Made by a program: the position numbers and the translations under genes | Assembly: GCA_963751345.1 (NCBI GenBank) | Contig: CAVVUS010000010.1 | Coordinates: 192,001 to 256,000 of the forward strand | Reading direction: 5' to 3' | Origin: an uncultured Chloroflexia bacterium | GTDB lineage: Bacteria; Chloroflexota; Anaerolineae; B4-G1; SLSP01 | Length of the DNA: 64,000 nt | Shown: piece by piece, positions 9,644-20,228 of the stretch | Position numbering within the stretch: the first letter of the stretch is position 1 | Layout of the letters: each line of letters begins with the position of its first letter | The notes under the pieces: generated by a model | Databases searched by the model: none | Told to the model about the DNA's origin: nothing | What the model saw: the letters and a program-made list of their open reading frames with translations, nothing else

Positions 9644-10411
9644 TTACGCCAGGGCCTCTACGGCGTTCTTGACGATGGCGGCAAAGTCTTCCACTTTGAG
9701 ACTCGCCCCGCCGACCAACGCTCCGTCGATCTCGGGCATCACGATGAAGTCCGCCATGTTGTTGGGCTTCACACTACCGCCGTATTGGACGCGGATGGTC
9801 TGGGCCGTCGCCTGATCGTAGAGGTCCGTCAGGACATCGCGGATGGCCTCGCGGATCGTGCGATCTGCGTCCTCGGGCATCGCCGTGCGGCCGGTGCCGA
9901 TGGCCCAGATGGGCTCGTAAGCTAACACGACCTTCCGGGCGTCGGCCGATGAAAGCCCCGCGAACGCTCCGCGAATCTGCTTCCCCACGAAGTCGACCGT
10001 CTCCCCGGCCTCATTCTGCGCGAGGCTCTCGCCAATGCAGACGATCGGCAGCAATTCGTGGCTCAGGGCAGCCTTGAGCTTCATGTTGACCGTCTCATCG
10101 GTCTCGCCAAAGAGCTGGCGGCGCTCTGAGTGGCCGATGATCACGTAGGTTGCCAGTTCCTTGACCATCAACGGAGAGATCTCCCCGGTGTAGGCACCGC
10201 TCTCCTCCCAGTGCATGTTCTGGGCGCCCACCCCGATGTTGGAGCCGGCCAATGCGTCGCTTACGGCGCTCAACGCGGTCGCGGTGGGGCAGACGGCGAG
10301 GTCCACGCCGGCGACGTCGGCGAGGGCGGCTCTGAGCCCGCGGGCGAGCTGCGTCGCTTCAGCCGCGGTCTTGTGCATCTTCCAGTTTCCGGCAATAAAC
10401 GGTTTGCGCAT
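9644..10411 (-). CDS. tpiA: Triosephosphate isomerase
   Basis: AGNWKM, GHSERR, AYEPIWAIGTG, YGGSVK, DGALVGGASL. Confidence 0.98.
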   Translation of the reverse strand: MRKPFIAGNWKMHKTAAEATQLARGLRAALADVAGVDLAVCPTATALSAVSDALAGSNIGVGAQNMHWEESGAYTGEISPLMVKELATYVIIGHSERRQLFGETDETVNMKLKAALSHELLPIVCIGESLAQNEAGETVDFVGKQIRGAFAGLSSADARKVVLAYEPIWAIGTGRTAMPEDADRTIREAIRDVLTDLYDQATAQTIRVQYGGSVKPNNMADFIVMPEIDGALVGGASLKVEDFAAIVKNAVEALA

Positions 10412-10486
10412 GGATATTCCCTTTCAGGGGCCGGGCACTGGGATCCCAGTGCCCGGCCTCTCATCTCAATCACGCCGATATGGAGT

Positions 10487-11659
10487 CTACTTGTCGTTGA
10501 GCGCGGCAATGCCGGGCAGCGTTTTCCCCTCAAGGAATTCGAGACTGGCCCCCCCGCCCGTGGACACGTGGCTCACCTTATCCGCGACGCCGGCCTGGTT
10601 CACGGCTGAGGCGGAGTCGCCACCGCCGATGATGGTTACGGCATCAAGGTCCGCCAATGCATGTGCGATAGCGAAGGTGCCCTTGGCGAAGTTGGGCATC
10701 TCGAAGACACCCATCGGGCCGTTCCATACCACGGTCTTGGCATCGGCTAGCTTCCGGATGAAGAGCTCGACGGTCTGGGGACCGATGTCCAGGATCCGCC
10801 AACCCGCCCCGACGTCGTTCACGCTGACCACCTTCGTGGCTGCGTTGTTGTCAAAAGCATCTGCCACGACGGCATCCACCGGGAGCACCAACTTCCCCCC
10901 TGCCTTGGCCATCAGCTCCTTAGCCGTGTCCAGGACATCGTCCTCGACCAGCGAGTCGCCCATCGCCAGTCCCTGGGCCTTGAGGAAGGTGTTGGCCATA
11001 CCTCCCCCGATCAAGATGGCGTCGGCCTTTGAAAGCATGTTCTCGATCACACCGATCTTGTCGGAGATCTTCGCGCCACCCAGGATGACAACGTAGGGAT
11101 GCTCGGCGTCTCCCGTGGCTTTTCCGAGGTACGTGATCTCCTTCTCAATCAGGAAACCGGCCACCGCGGGCAGCCTTTCGGCGACGCCGACGGTGCTGGC
11201 GTGTGCACGGTGGGCGGAACCAAACGCATCGTTGACGTAGACATCGCCCAGGCGGGCCATTTTGTCAGCCAGATCCGGCGCGTTCTTGGTCTCGCCGGGA
11301 TAGAAGCGGGTATTTTCCAGAAGCATGACGTCGCCTGGCTTCATAGCCTTGGCAAGTGCTTCTACCTCATCGCCCACGACATCAGGGGCCATTGTGACCG
11401 TCTTTCCCAGGAGTTCGCCGAGCCGGTCGGCGACGGGCTTCAGGCTGAACTTGGGATCGGGGCCGTTCTTGGGACGGCCGAGGTGCGACATCAAGATGAG
11501 CGATGCGCCGTGATCAAGGATGTAGTTGATCGTCGGCAGCGCCGCTCGAATGCGGGTATCGTCGGTGATCGTGCTGCCCTCAAGGGGCACGTTGAAGTCT
11601 GCCCGCATCAGGACCCGCTTGCCCTGGAGGTCAATGTCACGAACCGTTTTCTTGTCCAT
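10487..11659 (-). CDS. pgk: Phosphoglycerate kinase
   Basis: [41 protein letters not shown]. Confidence 0.98.
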   Translation of the reverse strand: MDKKTVRDIDLQGKRVLMRADFNVPLEGSTITDDTRIRAALPTINYILDHGASLILMSHLGRPKNGPDPKFSLKPVADRLGELLGKTVTMAPDVVGDEVEALAKAMKPGDVMLLENTRFYPGETKNAPDLADKMARLGDVYVNDAFGSAHRAHASTVGVAERLPAVAGFLIEKEITYLGKATGDAEHPYVVILGGAKISDKIGVIENMLSKADAILIGGGMANTFLKAQGLAMGDSLVEDDVLDTAKELMAKAGGKLVLPVDAVVADAFDNNAATKVVSVNDVGAGWRILDIGPQTVELFIRKLADAKTVVWNGPMGVFEMPNFAKGTFAIAHALADLDAVTIIGGGDSASAVNQAGVADKVSHVSTGGGASLEFLEGKTLPGIAALNDK

Positions 11660-11736
11660 AGTGTCTCCTTACCTAGCAAAAAGGGATAAGGAGACTCTCC
11701 TTATCCCTTCCTTACGGATTGCTTGCAGGATTCCTT

Positions 11737-12774
<1,038 letters not shown>

Positions 12775-12840
12775 TTAACTGAGTAGAGATCCAAGATTGA
12801 TGGCTAAACGTACGTGTAGTCATCAATCACACATCCCCAA

Positions 12841-14130
12841 TCACTGTGCGATCAGCGCAAGCAGTATCTTGGCTAGTTTCTCGCTGTCGTGATGCCCGGC
12901 CAACGTCTCATCGACGAGGTCGGCCCGTATGACGCGCACGTGGTCGGACTCGACAAAGTCCGGAACGACCCAATCTATGCCTTCCAGCGCCGGAATCCCG
13001 GTTGGCGTGCGGTCATTGATGATCACAGTGTCGATCACGTCCTCGCCGATATGTTGCTTCAGTGCGTCAAAGTGTTCTTGTGCACAATAGTGATCGGTTT
13101 CACCCGGCTGTGTCGCCACGTTGCATACGTAAACCCTGTGGGCGTCAGTAGCCCTTAGCGCTTCCAGAATTTGCGGCACGAGCAGGTTGGGCAGAATACT
13201 GGTGAAGAGACTGCCGGGCCCGATGACAATCATCTCTGCCGATAGGATGGCCTGTATTACGCCCGGATAGGCGTGCGGGGGGCTTGGATCCAGAGTGACC
13301 CGAAGAATGCGCCCGCCGACCTCAGGAATCCTGGATTCTCCACACACACGGACCGCTGTCTCACCATCCTGGCTGATATCGGCACACAGTACCACGGCTT
13401 GCAGCGTGCTGGGAAGAACTCGACCCTGCACGGCCAGAACCTGACTTGACTCTCTCAGGGCAGCCTCGAAGGACCCCGTGATCCCGGCCATTGCCGTGAT
13501 GAAGAGATTCCCAAAGCTGTGTCCGCTTAGGTCTTTGCCCTGGGCATACCTGTATTGGAAGAGCCGCGTAACAAGCGACTCGTCGTCAGCCAGGGCCGCG
13601 ATGCAGTTACGGAAGTCCCCCGGCGGCAGGATACCGATCTCGCGGCTCAGCCGTCCGGACGATCCGCCGTCGTCAGCCACCGTGACCACAGCCGTCAGAT
13701 TCGACGTGTAGGACTTGAGTCCCCGCAGGGCCGTGGCCTGGCCATGCCCGCCACCGATAACGACCACCTCGGGGCCCCGTTCGCGCCGGCGATAGTCGTG
13801 GAGGACCGTTGGGACGGGCACGTGGTTTCCGACGATGAAGGGCTCGAGGATGGCACGGTTCAAGCCCCAGACCCCGTACGAGAGTACCCAGAGCCCCAGC
13901 ACGAAGGTCAGCCCCGCCCTTAGCCACGGCGGCAAGAATTGGAGCGTCAAATAGTAAAAGTACTGTGGGAGGGGATAGAATGCACGCAGAGCTACCGCAC
14001 CGCTCAGGCTCAGCAGCCCAACACCGAGGGCCAATATGATCAGCCAACGCTTGACGCCGATGCCTGGCGTAAGCCACTGCAGGTGGGTTTGCCAGCTCTG
14101 CGTTGCAGCTTGGAGAACCCTCCGCTTCAT
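12841..14130 (-). CDS. yvcK: YvcK/CofD-like UDP-GlcNAc-binding gluconeogenesis factor with N-terminal TM extension
   Basis: [12 protein letters not shown]-terminus, [39 protein letters not shown]. Confidence 0.92.
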   Translation of the reverse strand: MKRRVLQAATQSWQTHLQWLTPGIGVKRWLIILALGVGLLSLSGAVALRAFYPLPQYFYYLTLQFLPPWLRAGLTFVLGLWVLSYGVWGLNRAILEPFIVGNHVPVPTVLHDYRRRERGPEVVVIGGGHGQATALRGLKSYTSNLTAVVTVADDGGSSGRLSREIGILPPGDFRNCIAALADDESLVTRLFQYRYAQGKDLSGHSFGNLFITAMAGITGSFEAALRESSQVLAVQGRVLPSTLQAVVLCADISQDGETAVRVCGESRIPEVGGRILRVTLDPSPPHAYPGVIQAILSAEMIVIGPGSLFTSILPNLLVPQILEALRATDAHRVYVCNVATQPGETDHYCAQEHFDALKQHIGEDVIDTVIINDRTPTGIPALEGIDWVVPDFVESDHVRVIRADLVDETLAGHHDSEKLAKILLALIAQ

Positions 14131-14137
14131 CGCAGAA

Positions 14138-14165
14138 ATTATACCTAGATTAGCAAACGTGTCAA
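14138..14165 (-). promoter_or_regulatory. Consensus sigma70 promoter; leaderless yvcK transcript likely
   Basis: TTGACA-16nt-TATAAT on the minus strand; ATG 7 nt downstream of the -10. Confidence 0.75.
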
Positions 14166-14180
14166 ACGAGCGCTAACCAA

Positions 14181-14237
14181 ACAGAGAGCCCAAAGTCACG
14201 CCCGAGCTAGCTCGGGGCATGACTTTGGGCTCTCTGT
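14181..14237. terminator. Long palindrome downstream of rsfS
   Basis: 18-bp arms ACAGAGAGCCCAAAGTCA/TGACTTTGGGCTCTCTGT enclosing the palindrome CCCGAGCTAGCTCGGG. Confidence 0.6.
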
Positions 14238-14261
14238 GGCTTCAAAAGTAGATCTTCACGG

Positions 14262-14612
14262 CTATTGAATGTGAGCGACGACCCGAGCGTTTTTCCAGAG
14301 ATCCTCGAGGCGATAGAAGTCGCGCATTTCGTCGGTAAATAGATGTACGATCACACTGTTGTAGTCGATCAGAATCCATCCCGATTCCGGATCACCTTCC
14401 ACATTGACCGCAAGTTGTCGAACGTCTTCCTGCTTCAGAGCCTCTCGTATCGCGCTCTGCAGAGCATCCAACTGGCGCCGGCTGCCTGCAGTGCAGATGA
14501 CGAAGTAGTCGGTGAAGGTCGTCACCTCAGTCAGGTCAAGGATGAGCGTATCCTCTCCTTGTTTCTCGACAATGATCTCGGCAATCTGGCTGGCTAGTTC
14601 TCTACTCTCCAC
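14262..14612 (-). CDS. rsfS: Ribosome silencing factor
   Basis: EKQGEDTLILD, TDYFVICT, WILIDY...VHLF...RDFYRLEDLW. Confidence 0.95.
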   Translation of the reverse strand: MESRELASQIAEIIVEKQGEDTLILDLTEVTTFTDYFVICTAGSRRQLDALQSAIREALKQEDVRQLAVNVEGDPESGWILIDYNSVIVHLFTDEMRDFYRLEDLWKNARVVAHIQ

Positions 14613-14656
14613 TCCACCTCCTCTGTTTCACAACAGCGTGCGCAGGGCCCAGATCC

Positions 14657-15142
14657 CTACTGCTGTAGCAGCAGCATCTGCACGCGCGTCGTCTGGGACA
14701 AATCGTTGTCCTGCATACTGATGGTCACCCGGCTCTTGCCCATCTGCATGTTGAGCGTTGCCAGATGCCCCATCACAGTTGGCTGGCCCAATGGTTCCCA
14801 ACCCTTGGCCTTGAGTTCAGTCTGGATATAGTCCATTGTTTCAGCGACCATTCCGGGCACGACATAGACGTAGGTACCGGCAGCATCGTTGGCCTGAACG
14901 TCCATGGCATCAGGATGAAGCACGAGGATGTCAGGAAAGGTACTGCTCGCCTCTTCCGCACCGCCGGCGGTATCCGCAGTGGCATCAGGCTGGTCGTCGA
15001 CAACCACAGCCTGGCCGTTGCCGGCAACCGTGTCGCCCTGTGTGGTTGGGCTGCTTGTGGCCCCCCCGGCACAAGCAGCTAACAAGAGGGTGACACCCAT
15101 GACGACCCCCAAAAAGATGCGTAGATTCCTCTTCCTCTCCAT
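14657..15142 (-). CDS. Hypothetical lipoprotein
   Basis: ATG at 15142 after the RBS AGGAGG; signal peptide with lipobox LLAAC. Confidence 0.75.
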   Translation of the reverse strand: MERKRNLRIFLGVVMGVTLLLAACAGGATSSPTTQGDTVAGNGQAVVVDDQPDATADTAGGAEEASSTFPDILVLHPDAMDVQANDAAGTYVYVVPGMVAETMDYIQTELKAKGWEPLGQPTVMGHLATLNMQMGKSRVTISMQDNDLSQTTRVQMLLLQQ

Positions 15143-15281
15143 GACTTTCCTCCTGGCGTGGGACTGAATGGTAACGATCGTATCATAACATAGAATGAAG
15201 GCCGAAACCAACAACTCGACGGCTGCACAAATCGCGGCCGTCGAGGCTACGTCCCTGTGACGAGGAATACCCCTGTATGGG

Positions 15282-16280
15282 CTACATCGGCTCGCTGAGG
15301 AGCGAAAGGAGTACCTCGATGCCGTGCTCGACATCCGCTTCGTCGACCATCTCGGATGTGGAGTGGACGTAGCGACATGGCACACTCAGACAGCCGCTGG
15401 GTATGCCGGATCGCACGAGCTGCATGGCGGCAGCGTCGGTGGTGCCTCCCAGGAGGATCTCCATCTGGTAGGGAACGTGCGCTCGTTCCGCCGCATCGAT
15501 CAGACCATCCCTGACCTTGGGATGGGCAATCATGCCGCCATCTTTGACCTTGATGGCCGGGCCCTCGCCGAGGCTGACGTCCATCGGGAGCGACTTCGGG
15601 AGATCACCGGTCGCCGTGACGTCCACCGAGATCGCGATATCGGGATCGGCTCGGTAAGCTGACGTCCGGGCGCCGGACAGCGTGATCTCCTCCTGCGTCG
15701 TGAAGGCGAAAGCGACGTCGTGAGCGGGTGCTTTTAGCCGGCGCATGACCTCGATCAGGATGTAACACCCAATCCGATCGTCAAGGGCTTTGCTCATCAG
15801 GCGCGTACCTTGCTGGACCAGGGGGCCGACGAAGCTCGCCGTGTCTCCAACGTGGACCGGGCAAGACGCGCGATCCTGAGCACCCACATCGAGATAGAGA
15901 TGGTGCAGGAGCGGCAGCTTGGATGCGTCATCGCGTCGTTCCACATACATAGGGCCCGTGATCCCATTGGCGAATCTTGCTCGCCCGCCAACGCAGTTTA
16001 TGGCTCGGACGCCACCGATGGAGGTGAAGCGCACGAACCCTTTCTCTTCCACGTGGGTTACCATGAGCCCGATCTCGTCCATATGAGCGGCCAGCAGGAT
16101 TCGCTGGCCCCCATCTGTGGATTTTGAAGCCCTGCGATGGGCTACCAGGCTGCCCAAGGCATCCACACGTGTCTCGTCCGCGATTGCCTCAATCGCCGCG
16201 CCGATGACAGCACGGATTTCATCTTCGTAGCCGGATGGCCCGAACGTCTGGGTGAGTTTCTCTAGCAGTGGCAGGTCCAA
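15282..16280 (-). CDS. M42-family aminopeptidase (paralog 3)
   Basis: GPSGYE, AAHMDEIG, KALDDRIG, TQEE, GGTTDA, RYVHS. Confidence 0.92.
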   Translation of the reverse strand: MDLPLLEKLTQTFGPSGYEDEIRAVIGAAIEAIADETRVDALGSLVAHRRASKSTDGGQRILLAAHMDEIGLMVTHVEEKGFVRFTSIGGVRAINCVGGRARFANGITGPMYVERRDDASKLPLLHHLYLDVGAQDRASCPVHVGDTASFVGPLVQQGTRLMSKALDDRIGCYILIEVMRRLKAPAHDVAFAFTTQEEITLSGARTSAYRADPDIAISVDVTATGDLPKSLPMDVSLGEGPAIKVKDGGMIAHPKVRDGLIDAAERAHVPYQMEILLGGTTDAAAMQLVRSGIPSGCLSVPCRYVHSTSEMVDEADVEHGIEVLLSLLSEPM

Positions 16281-16300
16281 AGTTCTCTCCTTGTTTAGTC

Positions 16301-17345
16301 TCAAGCCGTCAGTTCACGCGGGAGCTCACGGATGGCTGCATCAACCAGACGAATGTGCTCAGCCAGGTCGTGTTCGCGCAGCAGTGAGACCGGGCTGTGG
16401 ATGTAGCGACAGGGGATTGCCACGGTAATCGAGGGTACGCCGGCCCTCGTCCGGTGAATGCCGCCCGCGTCGGTCCCGCCGATGCCCGGCTGCTTGATTT
16501 GATACTCAATGCCTTCTGTCTCGGCAACGCGCATAAAGTGCGAAAGCAATCTGGGGGGGGTGATGTACGAGCGGTCCATTGCGGTGATGGCCGGCCCTTT
16601 CCCGAGCTGTGTCGTCGGGCTCACGTCCGTCTCTTCCTTCGGGAGGTCGTCGGCCAAGGTGCCCTCCAGGGCAATACCGACATCAGGCGCCACGGCGTAG
16701 GCGGCAACCTGGGCGCCCCGTAGGCCAACTTCCTCCTGGACGGTGAAGACTCCGAAGAGATCGAACGGATAGGGTGTACCTCGCAGGAGTTCGATCAGCG
16801 CCGTGCAGCCCGCACGATCGTCAAACGCCTTGCCCATACAACTTCGACCCACGGTCTGAAACTGCGTCGCGAAGACAACCGTCCGTACCCATCGGGGCGA
16901 GTCGCTCGGCCTCTTCCCTACCGGCGGCACCGATGTCGACGACAAGTTTGTCGACAGTCGGAGCCTTGTTCAGAGTACCCTTATCCGCACGATGGATGGC
17001 CTGGAGTCCAATGACGCCCGGAAGGGAGTCCTTCCCCACCCGAACCGTCAGGCCTGGGAGCAGCCGCGAGGGGATGCCGCCCACGGTATCCACACGCAGC
17101 CCACCGTCGCTCGTATGGCCGACGACCATGAAGCCAACCTCGTCCATATGTGCCGACACGAGGACTCTCAGCCCCGAAGCTCCTGTTCCGGCTTTGCGCA
17201 CGATGAGATTCCCGATGGCATCGACGTGCATCTCATCGACGTATTCCTCTATCATCGGCCGAATGGCGCGCCGGACCTCGGTCTCGTTCCCCGAGATGCC
17301 GGGGACATTGGAGAGGGTACCCAGGCGATCTGTCAGATCACTCAT
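16301..17345 (-). CDS. M42-family aminopeptidase (paralog 2), split by a frameshift near 16880
   Basis: N-terminal half in ORF 16821-17345 (GISGNE, SAHMDEVG); C-terminal half in ORF 16301-16945 (GKAFDDRAG, VQEEVG, GGTDAG, RYIHSP). Confidence 0.88.
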
Positions 17346-18445
17346 CCTTCATCCTCCCATTCGGGCCGGTACCCCGGTTCCAGCCGGGTAACGAAGCCTG
17401 ACAATAGGCGCCCGGCTCGCTCGATATCGCGCAGTGCGACCACCTCGACCGGCTGGTGCATATAGCGCACCGGAATCGAGATGAGGCCCGAGGGAACCCC
17501 TTCTCTGGTAAGCTGAATCCCCCACGCATCGGTTCCGCTGGACCCGGAGAGGGGCTCGATCACGAAAGGGACCTCATCCGCCTCGGCGGCTTCCTTAAGA
17601 CGCTTCACCATATCGGGGTGGAAGTTCGGGCCAACGCCAATCGTGGGGCCTTCGCCCAACTCAAACACACCCGGGTCACTATCGCCGTGCTGCTTCGCGA
17701 AGGTCACATCCAGGGCCACGGCGATGTCTGGGTCGATACCATAGGCACTCGTGATCGCCCCTTTGATCCCGACTTCTTCTTGCACGGTGGCGACAGCGTA
17801 GAAATCCCAGGCGTGCTTCCGGTGCCGCAGGGCCTCCAGTGCCAGGGTGAGGGCCGCCACCGAGGCCCGGTTATCGAAAGCCTTGCCGGCAGCGCGCCCG
17901 TTCTTCAAGGCGACCAACGGCTGTCGCACGGTTACATAGTCGCCTACTCTCACACGCGCTTTGACTTCCTCGGCGGAGAGCCCGAGGTCGACGAAGATCT
18001 CGTGCCACGGCAGCACGTCCTGGCGCTCCGAGGCCGGCAGGACGTGGGGCGGACGGCTTCCGATCACGCCTGGCAGGCAGCCTGCAGGTTCGCCTGTCAG
18101 GCCGCCTGACGGTTCGCCGGGCAGATCCTCACGACCGTGCACGCAGACTTCCAGCCCCAGCAGCACGCGCCTGTCCACGCCGCCGAGGGCGTGAAGATGT
18201 AGGAACTCATTCTCGATACCGGTGACGATCAGCCCAATCTCATCGATGTGTGCGGCTGCCATCACGGTCTGTCGTGGTGCGGGCCCGGTGCCTCGCTGTA
18301 CGGCGACGAGACTCCCCATCGCATCAACGCGGATCTCGTCGACGAAGGGCAGCCACAGCTCTCGCACGACGTTGCAGACTGATTCCTCGTATCCGGTAGG
18401 GCCAGTAGCCTCGGACAATAGGGTGAGTAAGTTCAGTGTCTCCAA
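17342..18445 (-). CDS. M42-family aminopeptidase (paralog 1)
   Basis: GPTGYE, AAHIDEIG, GKAFDNRAS, VQEEVG, SGTDAW, RYMHQP. Confidence 0.92.
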   Translation of the reverse strand: METLNLLTLLSEATGPTGYEESVCNVVRELWLPFVDEIRVDAMGSLVAVQRGTGPAPRQTVMAAAHIDEIGLIVTGIENEFLHLHALGGVDRRVLLGLEVCVHGREDLPGEPSGGLTGEPAGCLPGVIGSRPPHVLPASERQDVLPWHEIFVDLGLSAEEVKARVRVGDYVTVRQPLVALKNGRAAGKAFDNRASVAALTLALEALRHRKHAWDFYAVATVQEEVGIKGAITSAYGIDPDIAVALDVTFAKQHGDSDPGVFELGEGPTIGVGPNFHPDMVKRLKEAAEADEVPFVIEPLSGSSGTDAWGIQLTREGVPSGLISIPVRYMHQPVEVVALRDIERAGRLLSGFVTRLEPGYRPEWEDEG

Positions 18446-18466
18446 AGGGCTCCTCTCCGGCTTAGC

Positions 18467-19060
18467 TCAGGGTGTGATCACGACCGTGTCGGTAATCGAG
18501 GGGGTCGCGGTGAACGTCGCCGTGGGCAAGGGCGTCCAGGTTGCCGTGGGCAATCCCGTCGTTGGCGTCAAGGTGGGGGTAGGTGTCGGCGTGGATGTGG
18601 ACGTATTCGGTGCAGGGGTCATGGTGAATGTCGGTGATGGTGTAAAGGTTGCCGTGCCTGTGGCCGTTGCTGTAGCCGTGGCCGTTGACGTACCCGTGGG
18701 GAGCGGCGTCTCGGTCGATGTTGGGGTTGGCGTCTCGGTCGGCGTCTCGGTGGCTGTCGGCGTCTCGGTGGCCGTCGGCGTCTCAGTTGACGTTGGGGTC
18801 GCCGTGCGTGTGGGTGGGAACCACTGAGTCGGCGTCGGCTCGAGTGTCTTGTCAGGCGTACCGGTGCCCGGTCCAACTTCAAACGGCGTTGGGCTGGCCG
18901 GTGGCGTCGATGTCGTGGTGGGTGTAGGTGACGCCTCCGGCGTCGCAGAAGGAGGACGAATCGCCAGTGCCACGAATCCGAGGCAATAACACGGAATCGT
19001 GGCGATGATGATAGCGATCAGCACGGTATAGATCGGCTTCTGCTCGCGCAGCTTTTCCAT
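18467..19060 (-). CDS. Membrane-anchored Thr/Pro-rich low-complexity protein
   Basis: N-terminal TM segment containing IPCYCLG, followed by TETPTA/TATA repeats with no terminal globular domain. Confidence 0.75.
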   Translation of the reverse strand: MEKLREQKPIYTVLIAIIIATIPCYCLGFVALAIRPPSATPEASPTPTTTSTPPASPTPFEVGPGTGTPDKTLEPTPTQWFPPTRTATPTSTETPTATETPTATETPTETPTPTSTETPLPTGTSTATATATATGTATFTPSPTFTMTPAPNTSTSTPTPTPTLTPTTGLPTATWTPLPTATFTATPSITDTVVITP

Positions 19061-19071
19061 TGGCGGATCGA

Positions 19072-19359
19072 TCAGTCCAGAAGCGTCTGCGCATCGTCGA
19101 TGATGTGCCGGCCCGCGGCTACCTCGTCGACGGAGTGGATCGCGCCTCCCATCTCCTCAATCAGACGCGAGACGACATCGAAGTCGACGGCCTCTCCCTC
19201 AATCGTGATCTTTGCATTCTCGACTTTGCGGTCCATCTCGTAGATGCTGATATTGACGGCGGAAATCCCCTCCAGATCGCTGAGTTGGTCTGCCAGCTCG
19301 ATAATGCTTGGCTCGTGAGGTTTCAGCGTGTCCAATACCAGCCTTCTGATCCTTCCCAT
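19072..19359 (-). CDS. DUF211-family protein
   Basis: [16 protein letters not shown]...KITIEG...[14 protein letters not shown]; RBS GAGGAG before the ATG at 19359. Confidence 0.88.
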   Translation of the reverse strand: MGRIRRLVLDTLKPHEPSIIELADQLSDLEGISAVNISIYEMDRKVENAKITIEGEAVDFDVVSRLIEEMGGAIHSVDEVAAGRHIIDDAQTLLD

Positions 19360-19413
19360 ATCTCTCCTCGCTCTTCTCGACCGATCCACATCTCGCGCGG
19401 CGCTCAGACGTAC

Positions 19414-19548
19414 AAAAAAAGACTCAGTCGTCCGGAGCCCGCATCGCCTGCCGCACCGGACAACAGGATGGCCCTGCTGTTAGGACGGGGCGCCCCTCCG
19501 TTAGTCCCGGTCGCGGTACGCTCGATGCCTTGGCACTTACTGAGTCTT
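19414..19548 (-). ncRNA. Candidate structured cis-regulatory leader RNA upstream of the DUF211 gene
   Basis: Outer stem AAGACTCAGT/ACTGAGTCTT followed by a U-run; nested stems and an alternative stem; promoter upstream. Confidence 0.5.
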
Positions 19549-19569
19549 CTCACACTTCAATGTGTCCCA

Positions 19570-19597
19570 ATGATAGTACGAATCACGCCAGATGCAA
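19570..19597 (-). promoter_or_regulatory. sigma70-like promoter of the DUF211 leader
   Basis: TTGCAT-16nt-TATCAT. Confidence 0.55.
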
Positions 19598-19620
19598 GTA
19601 TTCGCGAGTGGGGGAAACAC

Positions 19621-19651
19621 AAAAAAGCCGTCTGGGGTCTCCAGACGGCTT
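19621..19651 (-). terminator. Intrinsic terminator of the csp gene
   Basis: AAGCCGTCTGG-stem-CCAGACGGCTT followed by a T-run on the minus strand. Confidence 0.85.
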
Positions 19652-19678
19652 CACTATAGGCTGGCGCGCGAGATCGCG

Positions 19679-19888
19679 CTACAGGGCAACGACGTTGCTC
19701 GCCTGAAGTCCCTTGTCGGTCTCTTCGAGGGAGAACTCCACCTGCTGGCCCTCCACCAACTTCTTGAAGCCTTCGGACTGAATTGCCGAATAATGTACGA
19801 ACACGTCCTCGTTGCCTTCTCGGGAAATGAAACCGTATCCCTTCGCGGCGTTAAACCACTTGACAACACCAATCTCTCGCTCACTCAT
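19679..19888 (-). CDS. cspA: Cold-shock protein
   Basis: [31 protein letters not shown]; long 5' leader typical of csp genes. Confidence 0.95.
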   Translation of the reverse strand: MSEREIGVVKWFNAAKGYGFISREGNEDVFVHYSAIQSEGFKKLVEGQQVEFSLEETDKGLQASNVVAL

Positions 19889-20028
19889 CGCTATATGCTT
19901 CCTTTCAACATCGCGAATTTCAGGATGCCTGAGTTCTCCAATCCAGTCCACAGAAAACGCCCGGATTCCGATTAACGCAGATCCAGGCGCTGCCCGACTC
20001 AGGATTTGGCTGCATCCAACTGGCGAGA

Positions 20029-20056
20029 TTTATACCAGATTCAGCCAATCTGTCAA
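20029..20056 (-). promoter_or_regulatory. sigma70-like promoter of csp
   Basis: TTGACA-16nt-TATAAA. Confidence 0.7.
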
Positions 20057-20228
20057 CTTGCTGCAAACGCGTTGTTAGGTAGACTCGTGACGGGTACCGT
20101 CAGAAGTGGCAGGCGGTTTGGCCGTGACGTGAGCCGGCTCAGCCTGCCTCTGTTGTTGTTTGTTGGAAGTGGTATCTAATGTCGGTGCCCAAGGATTCTG
20201 TTAAGGCGCGATCAAGGGGGCGAATACT

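Noticed and set aside
18540-18830. Short repeated DNA units as a CRISPR array
   Set aside because: They are in-frame 6-18 nt coding repeats for Thr/Pro/Ala, with no unique spacers and no cas genes.
20086-20141. Palindromes TGACGGGTACCGTCA and TGAGCCGGCTCA as operators for the methyltransferase operon
   Set aside because: Short, GC-rich, dissimilar to each other, and with no linked regulator. No cobalamin riboswitch consensus was recognised here either.
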